A stretch of 63,582 nucleotides of DNA, counting the filler, from Octopus bimaculoides (taxonomy: Eukaryota), in NCBI RefSeq assembly GCF_001194135.2. It is 6 parts of 6 records of this genome, joined end to end, with 100 filler letters (N's around TTAATTAATTAA, not from the genome) between each part and the next. Parts side by side here need not be neighbours in the genome. Positions count along the whole stretch, not along the records: positions 1 to 19,381 come from NC_068999.1; positions 19,482 to 27,367 come from NC_068985.1; positions 27,468 to 32,916 come from NC_068986.1; 3 more parts are not named here. One strand, written 5' to 3'. Shown one piece after another: positions 14,311 through 27,469 of this stretch. Below the pieces are notes generated by a model that did no database searches, had not been told where the DNA came from, and saw nothing but the letters and a program-made list of their open reading frames with translations. A program made the translations under genes and the position numbers. How positions within the stretch are numbered: position 1 is the first letter of the stretch; every line of letters begins with the position of its first letter.

Positions 14311-14882
14311 CAGTTGTTCTCAACGATTTTGCTTTTACCTGTGGGCCCCTTTAATTACTATTTGACTCTGGTGGGCGCCCATAGTCATTCAATATTTAAC
14401 TGTTAAGCGTTAAAACAGGCCATACCCGGCCTAAATATTTGATATATTTTATGTTCAAACTGGCCTGATCTGATCTCTCACACGTAGCCTACAATATTTA
14501 TGTAATTTTGAACATAAACAATCACATCATCAAAATACGATGCTACGAGATAATGCATGATTAATTTGAAACACTGGATAAATACGTATTACAGCTGATG
14601 AATTAATTTGAATGCTAAATAGTTTAAACATTAATTGTATGCATACTTCTTTCAAAATATTTATTTTGTGTACGTTAGCAATAGAACTCACTAAGAGAAC
14701 ACATTTAAGCGGCTGTATATATGTCAAGCTATGAAAAACGTTAGAGAAAACATCGTAGCTGTTTCTTAGTATGATCACATCTAAAGCATTAAATCCTAAA
14801 ATACAACAGTGGACCACAAATTTACTGTTTTGTTTGCGTGGACCCCGAAAAATCTGGCATGAACTTTTGTTGAAAACCATTT
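14311..14882. mobile_element. hAT-type MITE hosting a nested element
   Basis: Termini cagttgttctcaa / ttgaaaaccatt with near-perfect 8-bp flanks atatagac/gtatagac. Confidence 0.65.
14396..14627. mobile_element. TTAA-flanked (piggyBac-like) MITE nested in the hAT-type MITE
   Basis: TTAA at both ends (14396, 14624) and imperfect terminal inverted repeats ctgttaagcgttaaa / tttgaatgctaaatagt. Confidence 0.45.
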
Positions 14883-14934
14883 GTATAGACTAACCCTGTT
14901 AATTCAAATTTTGTCCGTTTTCTACTAAAATTTC

Positions 14935-15144
14935 TATCGAATTTTGGCACAAAGTCACCTGTTTTGAAGAGAGAGGGAGTCAACTAATAGACCTTAGCGC
15001 TTAGATAATAATTATTTTATCGACACACAAAGGTTGAAATGCAAATCTGACGCCGACTTCGTTTGAACTTAGAATCTAATGAGTTGCAAGAAATGTAAGT
15101 AAGCATGTTCTCTGATGTGCAAACGATTTTGCCAGCTCACCGCC
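14935..15144 (-). mobile_element. Group-B SINE, diverged (tail T3)
   Basis: gccagctcaccgcc head and attttggcacaaag tail. Confidence 0.65.
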
Positions 15145-15230
15145 ATTTTACTACGAGAAATAATTACTTAATGAAATATAAGTGTAAACATAAGGTGAAT
15201 TGGAGAAACAAAATGAAGGAGAGACAGAGG

Positions 15231-15269
<39 letters not shown>

Positions 15270-15398
15270 TCAGACAGACAGATAGAGAAGGAGAGAAAGA
15301 GAAAGGTAGATGGTTTGAAATTAAAATATATAATCGTATATAGAATAATTGCATGTATGTGGGAAGATATGTATATACTCGCCCTTATCTATCTATCC

Positions 15399-15444
<46 letters not shown>

Positions 15445-16377
15445 AATATGTACACGTATAAATGTGTACATATATTTATATATGCCTATATATATATAAA
15501 TTGTCTATGTGCTTATATAAAGTGTGTATGTATCCGTATATGTGTGCGTTTGAGGTATACATGTGTTTGTATACATACATATGTGGGGGGAGTGTATGTG
15601 AGTGTGTATGTGTGTGTGTATGTGTTTGTGTATGTGTGTATAATTTGATGATGATGATGATGATGGTATCAATAATATAATATCAACAACAGTAGTAAGT
15701 ACAACAGCAAAATTAATAATATAAAGAAAGTAAGAATCTGAAAAAAAGAAAAAAAAAAGATTTTAGAAAGACAACAATAACAGCACACATAAAAAAAAAG
15801 CTACATATGTTACAAGAAGAACATATACACGACATAAAAGGAAAAAAAGAACACAAAGAAGCTTGAAAGGAAGCAAGGAAGAAGCGATGGAGATGAAGCC
15901 ATAAAACGAAGATGGTGTAGATGAAGACAATGATAAGATAGTAATTCAGAATGTTGTACTGGAGTATCTTATTTAGTTTTATCGTTGGATGTCAATCAAA
16001 GACTTGTAGAATCTCTTCCATTTGGTGAAATATGATAAAAGAATTTACCAAAACCTCAATGTTAGTACCAAGTTGCCACCACCACCACCATAGCCGTCAT
16101 CTTCATCATCATGGCTATATTTCCCGCCAATGATATTCGGCTGTGCTCTTTAGTAGGAATTGTCCCCGCCTCCCCCCCCCCACTGCTTCCTTAACTTCTG
16201 TCTCCAAAAGCACCAACATCATCTCAGACATCGTTTTAAGTTGTTCCTGTCGCCGCGGACACTGGAGGTATTTCGGTACTCATGCCCATTACATTTCATT
16301 TAATATGGTTCTTGTNNNNNNNNNNTGTGTGTGTGTGCGTGTGTGTGTGTGCGTGTGTGTGTGTGCGTGTGTGTGTA

Positions 16378-16416
<39 letters not shown>

Positions 16417-16429
16417 GGGCGCGCGTGTG

Positions 16430-16991
16430 CGAGGTCTGATCAATAAGTATCCGGACTGCTGCCATAGTAACGAATCTAAAGTAGGCGGATTGAAGCCGCT
16501 TGGAAGATATTGGACCTTGACCGCTGTTTACTGCAGTGCTCGGAAAGAAACTTTGTAGCGTGTGTTCGTCACATTGACCATGACAGACAAATTTGTCAAG
16601 GCGATACCTAGTCAGAGGCCTACGCAAAGTTCCAGAAATTGTTTGGAGCCGCACACAAGTGTACGAGTGGTTCAGACGTTTACAAGATGGCCGAAAAATA
16701 TCGATATTGATGAACGTTCTGGGAGACTCACAACCAACAGAATTGAGAAAAACATCGCAGTTATGTGTGCACTTCTGAGGGGAAATCGCCCAATCACAAT
16801 CCACGAGTTATCAGAGGATGTGCAGATTAGTTACGATTAAGTTCAATCCATTAGTACTGAAGATTTGGATATGAAATGCATGTCTACCAAGTTTGTGCCA
16901 AAATAACATTCAGCTGACCAAAAGGACACTCGGGTTCCAGTTGCGCAAGATCTCCTTGATTGTATCGAGAACGATGAAAACTTTGAAAATA
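16430..16991 (+). mobile_element. Mariner transposase relic (5' TIR, HTH region to start of catalytic domain)
   Basis: TIR-like cgaggtctgatcaataagtatccggac. SRTQVYEWFRR, DERSGR..ITIHELSEDVQISY..STEDLDMKCMSTKFVPK, ADQK.TR..VAQDLLDCIENDENF. Frameshifted and truncated. Confidence 0.85.
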
Positions 16992-17057
16992 TTGCATAGG
17001 CCTTTGAGAAGGAATCGCCAAATGTTTGGCAAAATTTATATACATATATATATATAT

Positions 17058-17215
17058 ATGGGAGAATTTACGAAAAAAAACAACAACAGACGAGGACAGG
17101 TGGTGTAAAAAACAAAAGGATGTATTAGTTTGACGCTCGGGAATAGGAAAGTCTAACATTTCGAGCTACGGCCTTCAACAGAAAGAATACGGAGAAGAAC
17201 AAGGAGGAAAACATT
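17058..17215 (-). mobile_element. Second copy of the hammerhead-carrying repeat
   Basis: Colinear similarity to 38948-39110. Confidence 0.7.
17152..17186 (-). ncRNA. Decayed copy of the same hammerhead-like motif
   Basis: UCUUU-CUGUUGA-A-GGCC(GUA)GCUC-GAAA-U-GU-U-AGA: same core, one helix II mismatch, and a CpG-type change in helix III. Confidence 0.5.
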
Positions 17216-17283
17216 TATATACATAGATACATATATTTGTATATATACACATATATTATATATATATTATTTACGTATGTATT

Positions 17284-17381
<98 letters not shown>

Positions 17382-17508
17382 CCAACATATGTATATATAC
17401 ATTCATGTAGATATATGTACAGATATATAGTGGGAATGAACCCGGTACCATGTGGTTGGTAAGCCAGCTACTTACCACGCAGCCACTCCTGCGCCTATAT
17501 ATATATAT

Positions 17509-17558
<50 letters not shown>

Positions 17559-17775
17559 AAATAGAGAGAGATATGACAAAGGAATAAAAGGTTATCTTAT
17601 GAAATATAATTATCTTATAAACAAATGAAGTCCATAAGATAAATATTGCACTCTCTTATTACCGCTCAACTCTCGTTCAACACACATGCGTATACGGAGT
17701 AATATTCCGTCTTATTTCGTTTGCAAGATTCTTTATGTGAATTCGTGTGCTGAAGACTATTTTACTGTGCCTGTA

Positions 17776-17989
17776 GAGAGGCATTTTGTTTTAATGCCTT
17801 ATTAATTAAAACACTAACCGGTTCGATTTCCACTCGTTTACGTATTATTTTTTCTAAAATTTTCGTTGCTTCTTGCAACCTCTTGAATTGTCGTTGACTC
17901 GCAAATTTTAGGAAAAATAAATAAGTGAATGATTGGAAATCGAACCGGGAGTATGTTAATCAATAAGGCATTAAAACAGAATGAGTCTC
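17776..17989. repeat. MITE-like inverted repeat, ~90-bp arms
   Basis: gttttaatgccttattaattaa..ccggttcgatttcca pairs with tggaaatcgaaccgg..ttaatcaataaggcattaaaac. Spacer about 34 nt. Confidence 0.8.
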
Positions 17990-18155
17990 CCCACACACAA
18001 AAATATATATTTGTATGTATGTATGCATGTATGTATGTATGTATGTATGTATGTATGTATGCATGCCTGTGTGTGTATGCATGTATGTATGTATGTATGT
18101 ATGTATGCATGCATGTATGTATGCATGCATGCATGTATGTATGTATGTATGTATG

Positions 18156-18219
<64 letters not shown>

Positions 18220-19348
18220 GAGGGAGAGAGAGAAAGCGAGAGAAGGAAAGAAAAATGAAAGAGATACGTGTGTATGTGTGTGTGTCTGTGTGTGTGCGTG
18301 TGTGTGTGTATGTTTTCGTGTGTGTGTGTGTGTGTGTGCGTGTGTGTGTCTGTGTGTCTGTGTGTCTGTGTCTGTGTCTGTGTGTGCGTGTATGCGTGCC
18401 TGCGTGTGAGTTTCACAGGTGTTAACTAGTTTGAACCTCTTGAAAATATCAAGATATGAGAAGAAACAAAATGTGCAACCCTTTGTCTGAATACCATCAT
18501 TTGATATCGTTACAATCAGAAGTGGTGTCGGGCTCCGTTATTTTAGACAGACGTGTCTCTTCTGTCTAGCGGTCAATTAGATCGTCTATAGGTATCATCA
18601 CCTTTGTCTCTGTTTCTCTCTATCTATCTCTATTTCTCACTCCTTCTCTCAGTCTTTCCACTCACAGGAATTTTATCTTTTAGTCGGGAGGAGAGATAGT
18701 GTACATGACCCTTAACAGTGTCTCCATAACTGGTGAGATGAGGATACGACGAGAGAAAATTACCCTCAGATCAGTGACCCGGTCCAAATATTTGCGACCG
18801 AGTGGACACATTTAAAGGCACTCAAGGAAAAAAGGGGTTAGTGTGTAACCCGGTGACAGAATCTTACTGCGTTGATTATTCGAAACGGGAGATAAAAACA
18901 TATTTAATAGCATAATTAAGTGTAGTCATTTGCTTCTGTTGATCCAGTAACTAACACCTGGAATGTATCCAAACAGTCTTTATTAATCGGAGAGAAGAAA
19001 AGTCGAACGACATGGAAGGTATTCCCGTCACGCTAAAGGTTCAAATAATCCCGTACTTTTGTCTATCTACCGTCACCGCGGGCGAAACTTCAGTGATGAG
19101 AGCGCTTTTGCGTTATTTTTTTATATTTCTCTTTATAAATACATGCCTATGTATTTATAAATATTTAAAAATATTTTTAAATATTTGCGTGTTTTTAAAT
19201 ATTTATATGTTTATATGCTTGTGTGTTTTTGATACTTCTATTAATTCGAACGCTTTATTAATGTCGAAGAAAGTACGCATATATATTGAATATTCTGATG
19301 GATAATAGGTCATGTCCCTTTAGTTTTCCGCTCGTATTGCTTCCACTC

Positions 19349-19381
<33 letters not shown>

Positions 19382-19425
19382 NNNNNNNNNNNNNNNNNNN
19401 NNNNNNNNNNNNNNNNNNNNNNNNN

Positions 19426-19437
19426 TTAATTAATTAA
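19426..19437. other. Assembly spacer TTAATTAATTAA within an N run (also 27412-27423, 32961-32972, 39363-39374, 50331-50342)
   Basis: Identical 12-mer centred in ~100-base N blocks at five places; it encodes stops in all six frames. Confidence 0.95.
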
Positions 19438-19768
19438 NNNNNNNNNNNNNNNNNNNNNNNNNNNNNNNNNNNNNNNNNNNNCGTAATGTTTTAACTTTAA
19501 TTGTCATATTTTTATACAACTTAGAAATCATGCATATTTATAAATATATTTTTTTAATAAATATTTTGAACATTCATGATATTTCTAAAGTTTTTATTGT
19601 TGTATTTGCTTGTCTTTTTACCGTACCTTTTAGACACTTTAGAGACTGAATACTATAAATTCATTTATTGATTCTTGAAGGAATTGAACACACATATTGT
19701 ATCTTGCGTTGGACATATGGTATTATTCCTGTGATTTTCCACCCTTACGTATCCATTTTTACTATAAG

Positions 19769-19807
<39 letters not shown>

Positions 19808-19896
19808 AACACAAAAAAAATCACACCATTCATATTCAGTAGCACCATTAGTCCAAAACTACGATACAATGATACTTTCTAACAAAGATTATAGCA

Positions 19897-20078
19897 AACG
19901 TTAGCACACGGGAGAATATGCTTTATGTTTTAGGTTCAAATTCCGCCAAGATCAATTTTGCGTTTCATCTTTCTGGGTTCGATGAAATAAGTACCTGTTG
20001 AGCACTAGGATTGATGTAATCGATTTACACACCACCCCTAAACTTGTTGGTTTTGTGCCAAACTTTGCTACCAATATT
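19897..20078 (+). mobile_element. Group-B SINE (tail T3)
   Basis: Body and tail similarity; inverted partner at 20500-20712. Confidence 0.7.
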
Positions 20079-20499
20079 TGGCTGAGTCCTTTCATACATT
20101 AACCCTAACGACTGCAAAATTAACAGACGTACAGGTATGGACTGTAAAGTTGGTAAATTACAAGAAAATGTTAGAATTCACACAAAATATCAAACACATT
20201 CAGAACTAATATTGGTGATCTCGACTAGGAGAAAACGCAGTATAATATGGAAGATCTGTTTGTGCATAGTATTCACTAACCCGACAAAAAACTTACCTGT
20301 TATACTTCTGTCTGATGCTAGACCAGTGCAATAGCAAACCATTTTTAAATGATAAAACATCGTGTAATGTAATTAACATACATAGCTGCTATCTATTGTA
20401 TACTATTTACCATATATTAAATACGTCTCAAAAAAATACCGATAAGTACTTTATCCGGCAACTGTAACAATTCTTTCAGTTGGCTGTTTCAACATTTGT

Positions 20500-20712
20500 T
20501 TTGGTTTCAAATTTTCGCAGAAGGCCAGCAGTTTCAGGGAGGGGCTAGTCGATTACTTCGATCCCAGTGTTCAACTGGTAGTTATGATATTGACTTCGAA
20601 AGGATCAAAAGCAAACTCGACCCTGACAGAATTTGAACAGAGGACCTAAAGAAGGAGAACACTGCTGCTAAGCACTATACCCGGTGGGCAGAAGGCTCTG
20701 CTAACTCACCAT
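20500..20712 (-). mobile_element. Group-B SINE (tail T3)
   Basis: Body and tail similarity. Confidence 0.7.
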
Positions 20713-20960
20713 CTTTGCTTTAATATAGATCGTAATATGATAAGTAACTTAGTGTTATGATCCTAAATTAATTGGCGAAAGAATTTTAACGTATATTTTA
20801 TCGTGATTGTGAAGATTTTAAGAATTTTATGATCGTTTGCATCCCAGACTCGAAGTTACTAATTCTGAGTCTTTTCTCTATCGGAAACTTATCCTTACAT
20901 CAACCCATTCTTTGTGTCCTTCCAGTCACATTCCCTGCAACAGTCTCTCTCTCTCACTCG

Positions 20961-21028
<68 letters not shown>

Positions 21029-21095
21029 CTTTCTCTTTCTCTCTTTCTCCATCCCCTTTCTCTCCCCATCTTTCTCCCTTTCTCTCTCTCTCTCT

Positions 21096-21147
<52 letters not shown>

Positions 21148-21479
21148 TTCTCTCTACCTTATTTTTTCCCAAGGTTGAGAGTTTTCAGAATTTTCAGTGA
21201 TCTGCATCCTGTTTTCAATGGCAATACCTTATTACCAGGCACTAAACACTGAGGACACCATGTTGGGATATTTGCTATATTTAATATGCTTTCCGTTAAA
21301 CTGAATTATAACGTGTTGTTATTATATTTATTAAAAGAAAAAACATAAGTCGTTTTCGAAACCTAAGATTATCCAGATTACTCTGAAACATAATTTTCTT
21401 TTGTTATTCTTATATGTTATCAGCCAACAGCAAATTCAGGTGTCTAAGTGGAGTAACCAATAAGCATCTCAATCGAAAT

Positions 21480-21560
21480 TATTTTCTTTCTCACATATGT
21501 ATGCCCAAAATATTTCAATTTAGTTCCTGCTATATTTTTCGCTCGTAGTAAATACTTCAT
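21480..21560 (-). mobile_element. Small degenerate RTE-like fragment
   Basis: KLKYFGH motif in the 21444-21662 ORF. Confidence 0.35.
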
Positions 21561-22132
21561 TTGTATATATTGTTGAGATCTCTTATAAAAACTGACTGAG
21601 CCGTTGGGCTTTTCAACAATTAGTTTTTTGGTTTTTTTTAGTTTGGGCGTAATTTCTGGCATCTTTTCCTTATCATTTCTGTTTTCCTGTAGACTCCTTT
21701 TACTTTCTTAATTTTTATCTACATCTATCCAATTTCTTTTTTCTATTTATTCATATTCATATGTTCTTCGCTAATTTGTTCATATTTATATTCTTTCTAT
21801 AAAAGTGTCTGCTTCTTCATACAATTACCTAATATTTTTGTAGTTCCCGTTGAGTATTCATGGCTACAAGTTATATTTCTTCTCTACTGAATAGGAAATT
21901 ATAATCACTAAGACTTTTCTCAACGTAAAAATAAAGCATGAATAAATGTTTTTTTTTCAAACAGGAATATATATATATATATGAACATGTATTCCGATGT
22001 CCGTAAAAACTAAACTATGCATATCCACAATGGATAGCAAGGCTACTAACTCAGAGATCAGCTAAAAGATAATTCGTAACTTTGTAACTATTAATAGTTT
22101 ACTCAGTAGTCCAAGAAATATAAACACTAAAA

Positions 22133-22232
<100 letters not shown>

Positions 22233-24812
22233 GTAGCAGTAACAGAAATAAAGCAACACAAGCAGGACAAGTTTTAACCAATGCTATATTACCTTAACGC
22301 TCAAAATGAAGGGTGTCTTAACGTATCGAGCAATAGCCATTCTTCTGAGAAATAGAAGGGAATATGGGATTGGAAAAATGAAAATATTGTTCGCTATGCT
22401 TTCAATAATCTTGTATTTGTTGTTCCAATGTTTTCACTATAAATTTATCCAAAAAGAGCAAACTGGCCGTTGACCGGTTCTGAGCTTCGTTGAGCAACTC
22501 AGAGACATCCAATTTGGGTTAAATGTCTGAAGACATTTCCGATCCTCCGACCATTCCATCCAACATCTTTCCCACATGCCTTCCCGGCATCTCATCTATT
22601 TCCGTCACTATCAACATTGCACCTACACGACCCTCACTACCTTCACTGCTACACACGTATCTTCACTAGACCAACATCGTTTCCACATACACACATTTTC
22701 CCATACATCGCCTTACTTTCAATTTCATATCACTTACACACATACATATACACACCTGATTTACTTTACCAACTTGATCCCCGGCACACACACGTCCAGA
22801 AGCATGTATATGTCTCACATACCCCCATACACCATCTTGTTGGAACATGGCTACCCCCATATATTTACTCTTCGAACATTTATAACCACAACACATATCA
22901 CTGTTCATCCAACATCTCTCTTTGACACATACGTATGAACACACTATCACACGTTCCTACATTTTCTCCGGCTATACGCACAGACATACACATGGACTCA
23001 CAATGCGTAGGAATTTAGCTCCACATACACACCTCTGCACACACACACACACACTTACCCGCACGCACATGCACACACATATATTTTCATTCATTCATGT
23101 ACATTCTTCCTCCATCCGCAAATCTCAAGTGCCTCTACAGTCATCTAGCTCTCTAGCCTTCGCTATGTTTTCTTTAGAGTTTTCTATTTCTGCACCTCAC
23201 CATTTTTCTTTACTACATGTGAATCTAACATCTCCATGTCTCACGTTCATACTTTATTCTCCGCAGAGGATTTAATTAACTCTCTTCCATGTGAGTTTTA
23301 CTCATTCCTCACCCTTATTCTCTTTGGGTTTTCTACTACTTATGGCTTATTCTTTAAAATTTATCTTTCCTCTTTTTCCATGAAAGTACGCCTTCCCTTC
23401 CAGCACATGCGCACACATCTATTACATTACTCCTTATTTCCAGATAACCCACCTGGCTAAATTTCTTTTAGCATTTCCTCAACATCATATAACTGCTCCA
23501 AACTTTTCCCACCAAATTTGTGTAATTTATAAATTAGTTTTTTCTAGTCTTACAAAATTCGTAATTTCGGTCTTCTTTTTCACTAATGTTTTGTACCATA
23601 ATTAATTTTCAGAACTCTCTTGTCTTCCTCAACTTTCATTTTTGTCTTTCACCTAAGTTTCTTTTGTTCATATCTTCCTCCATGCAACAGCATTTCACGG
23701 CCATACATTTACACATACCTGTATTGTGAGCTCCACATTCGCATTGCCTTCCCTTCTACCTCACTCTCGTTTTCTCTGCTATTTCTTCAGACTGAATCTT
23801 CCTGCACCCCCGATTAAAGATCACATACACACACACGAACAACTCACACCCAAACACCTTACGACAATATACTTCTCCACGTGAACACTTTACGCACATA
23901 CACCCACCAAAACATACACAGGCCACTACCCTCGTATTCTCGTCTCTAAATATATATATACACTTCTATACTTATATATACATCCACAACACTGCTGCTA
24001 TAGAACCACATTCTTTTTTTTTTGTGTTTGCCCTCACAACTTGACAACCTTTGTTGGTTTGTTTACGTAACTTATAACATAGTGGCTCAACAAAAGAGAT
24101 CGGAAAAAGTATCAAACTAAAAGAAATCATGTAAGTCGATCTCATCTGTGAAAACCTTCAAGGCGGTAGTCCATCGTCTAATGACTGAAATAAGTAAATA
24201 AGCTGCAATCGAACCCGTGTCCTGCAATTAGTTTTCTGTGATCCAGATACAACGTGATTGTTGTTGCGCACCAATAATACTATTACGCACCTCACCTCCC
24301 AAGATACAAGGCAAAAGCAAACAGAAGATGACGAAGATAAACGTCACTCACACTGAACAGAATAACAATTAATTTTTTTAATTATTTAATTATTTAACGT
24401 AATTAGATTGCCATTTGTTATATAATAAATCAATAATGTATTTTTTCTATAATTACTAGATAATTAAAATCATTGCAGTTGGTTTTTCTTTTTCATCTTT
24501 TTATTTTATTTTGGATTTCGGAATATGTGATTTTAGCCTTTATGTTATCTTCCTCATCAGTATTATTATTATGTCCGTCTCGGCCAGCCATTTACAGCTT
24601 CTTGAATCAATGGCAGAGCGTTACAGACATAAAGGAATTTCATGTAGAAAGGAACATTCGTTTATTTGAAGAGGAAATAATTTTTTTTTCTTTTCTTTTT
24701 TTTTTTCACTTGTTGCTTTATTCATGGCTGTCTGCTGTCGACATCATTGTTGTTGGTATTTTTGTCCGATGATTTATTTTAACGATAATACTTCATCATT
24801 TTAGAGATTGAT

Positions 24813-24977
24813 TTAAAATTCGGTGCTAGAGCGGTTTTTCAAATAAGGTGACATTTTCATGTGACTCATCACGCGGCTTCTCAGGGACTGCAATTTGGGG
24901 TAGCTGCTCAACATTGATGAATCATCAGTCAGTGGATTTTCAAGGGCGCAGTAGCACATCAGATCGGCCATGGTCAT
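24813..24977 (-). CDS. Terminal coding exon of an S-crystallin (cephalopod lens crystallin, sigma-class GST family)
   Basis: Hand translation gives [54 protein letters not shown], matching the octopus S-crystallin C-terminus as I recall it ([40 protein letters not shown]). It is preceded by a phase-0 acceptor (ttctaatttaatcctccag) and followed by AATAAA motifs at about 24774-24779 and 24717-24722 on the minus strand. Upstream exons were not found in the called sequence. Confidence 0.93.
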   Translation of the reverse strand: MTMADLMCYCALENPLTDDSSMLSSYPKLQSLRSRVMSHMKMSPYLKNRSSTEF

Positions 24978-25073
24978 CTGGAGGATTAAATTAGAAGAGT
25001 CATATAGACAGACAGACAGGCAGGCAGACAGACAGATAGATATATAGGCAGAGAGACAGACAGACAGATAGAC

Positions 25074-25136
<63 letters not shown>

Positions 25137-25276
25137 GAGCTGGCAGAAACGTTAACACGCCGGGCGAAATGCTTAGCGGCATTTCGTCTGTCTTTACGTT
25201 CTGAGTTCAAATTCCGCCGAGGTCGACTTTGCCTTTCATCGTTTCGGGGTCGATAAATTAAGTACCAGTTACGCAG
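25137..25276 (+). mobile_element. Young group-B SINE in the intron upstream of the S-crystallin exon
   Basis: Close match to the 53118-53337 copy; runs into an N gap. Confidence 0.85.
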
Positions 25277-26340
25277 TATATATNNNNNNNNNNNNNNNNN
25301 NNNNNNNNNNNNNNNNNNNNNNNNNNNNNNNNNNNNNNNNNNNNNNNNNNNNNNNNNNNNNNNNNNNNNNNNNNNNNNNNNNNNNNNNNNNNNNNNNNNN
25401 NNNNNNNNNNNNNNNNNNNNNNNNNNNNNNNNNNNNNNNNNNNNNNNNNNNNNNNNNNNNNNNNNNNNNNNNNNNNNNNNNNNNNNNNNNNNNNNNNNNN
25501 NNNNNNNNNNNNNNNNNNNNNNNNNNNNNNNNNNNNNNNNNNNNNNNNNNNNNNNNNNNNNNNNNNNNNNNNNNNNNNNNNNNNNNNNNNNNNNNNNNNN
25601 NNNNNNNNNNNNNNNNNNNNNNNNNNNNNNNNNNNNNNNNNNNNNNNNNNNNNNNNNNNNNNNNNNNNNNNNNNNNNNNNNNNNNNNNNNNNNNNNNNNN
25701 NNNNNNNNNNNNNNNNNNNNNNNNNNNNNNNNNNNNNNNNNNNNNNNNNNNNNNNNNNNNNNNNNNNNNNNNNNNNNNNNNNNNNNNNNNNNNNNNNNNN
25801 NNNNNNNNNNNNNNNNNNNNNNNNNNNNNNNNNNNNNNNNNNNNNNNNNNNNNNNNNNNNNNNNNNNNNNNNNNNNNNNNNNNNNNNNNNNNNNNNNNNN
25901 NNNNNNNNNNNNNNNNNNNNNNNNNNNNNNNNNNNNNNNNNNNNNNNNNNNNNNNNNNNNNNNNNNNNNNNNNNNNNNNNNNNNNNNNNNNNNNNNNNNN
26001 NNNNNNNNNNNNNNNNNNNNNNNNNNNNNNNNNNNNNNNNNNNNNNNNNNNNNNNNNNNNNNNNNNNNNNNNNNNNNNNNNNNNNNNNNNNNNNNNNNNN
26101 NNNNNNNNNNNNNNNNNNNNNNNNNNNNNNNNNNNNNNNNNNNNNNNNNNNNNNNNNNNNNNNNNNNNNNNNNNNNNNNNNNNATATGGAAGGCCAAGCT
26201 TCTCACGACACACCTACCCTTAAGAAAAAAAAATCATGACTTTTCAGAATACGGTAGGTGGTCCTTGATCGTATGTCTTTAGAACATGAACCACAAAGCG
26301 AGGGAGAAGAAAAGGAAGAGAGAAATGAGAGAGAAGGAGA

Positions 26341-26435
26341 GAGTCAGACAAACAGAGAGACAGAAATGGAGAGAGGGAGAGAGAAGGAGAGAGTCAGACA
26401 AACAGAGAGACAGAAATGGAGAGAGGGAGAGAGAA
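26341..26435 (+). repeat. 50-bp tandem duplication in a GA-rich tract
   Basis: gagtcagacaaacagagagacagaaatggagagagggagagagaa occurs twice. Confidence 0.85.
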
Positions 26436-27469
26436 TGAGAGTGAGAGGAAGAGACAAAAACTACCTGAATGGAAACTATAATTTTTTTGTTTCCATTAGT
26501 TGCAATTTCCAGCTAACAACTATACTAGTTTGAAAGCCTAGTAATACTTAAATAGACGGCTGTAAATTTCGCCAGTCTGGGTGCTGAGTTCAAAATTCAA
26601 ATGAGATATTATATTTTTCGGAGAGACAAAGATCGCCATATTTTGATTAATTAGCGTCGGTAGAGGAATGTTCTATGATGCATCAATTGTTTTATAATTG
26701 TTCATACTATCATCCTTTAACATAATTTAGATATTTAAATGAATTTTTTTTCTTTTTAGATGTTTGGAAATATGCACGTGATGAGAAAACAGTTTTCAAA
26801 AGATTTGCACAAACACTAATACAGCTTCGTATTTTGTTGATATGTTTTAGAGACAGACATTAATTCGTTAACTCAATCAAACACATAGTTGTGGCTATTA
26901 ATGCGCCGATGTGTGTGAGAGTAATCGGTTTATATAGTGTCAAGCTTCTCTAAATCAGTCGTTTCAATAATCCACAAAATGAATTCAGATACATGATTTA
27001 TGAAGCTTAATCTGCTAAAATCTATCTATCTATCTCTTTATCTATCTATCTATCTATCTATCATCATGGACGGACGGTAGACACATCGGCTCCCATGTAA
27101 GTTGCATTTTTCACCTCTTAAAAGACCTATTTTGTTTTAAAATTTTGTATAAGTTGTGTATAACACAAAATACTTCGTGAACATATATTTTTCAAATCGG
27201 AAATAGCTCTATTTAGAGCCTTATTTCCAAAAATTCAAACATATCTTCCTCGTTCCTAGCCATATTCTTTAAAACGAATATGGCTAAGGTTTTCAACGAG
27301 GCCGACTTCCCGCTCCTAATGCCAGAGGCGAAAACACTTAATGCCGTTCCGCATGAACGCAGACAAGNNNNNNNNNNNNNNNNNNNNNNNNNNNNNNNNN
27401 NNNNNNNNNNNTTAATTAATTAANNNNNNNNNNNNNNNNNNNNNNNNNNNNNNNNNNNNNNNNNNNNTC

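Noticed and set aside
17838-18425. YI/CV/HT/LSIY-repeat ORFs throughout
   Set aside because: Translations of (TA)n, (CA)n, (ATGT)n and (ATCT)n.
19426-19437. TTAATTAATTAA repeated at five loci, resembling a conserved motif
   Set aside because: Always centred in ~100-base N blocks; it is an assembly spacer with six-frame stops. Order and orientation across these joins are uncertain.
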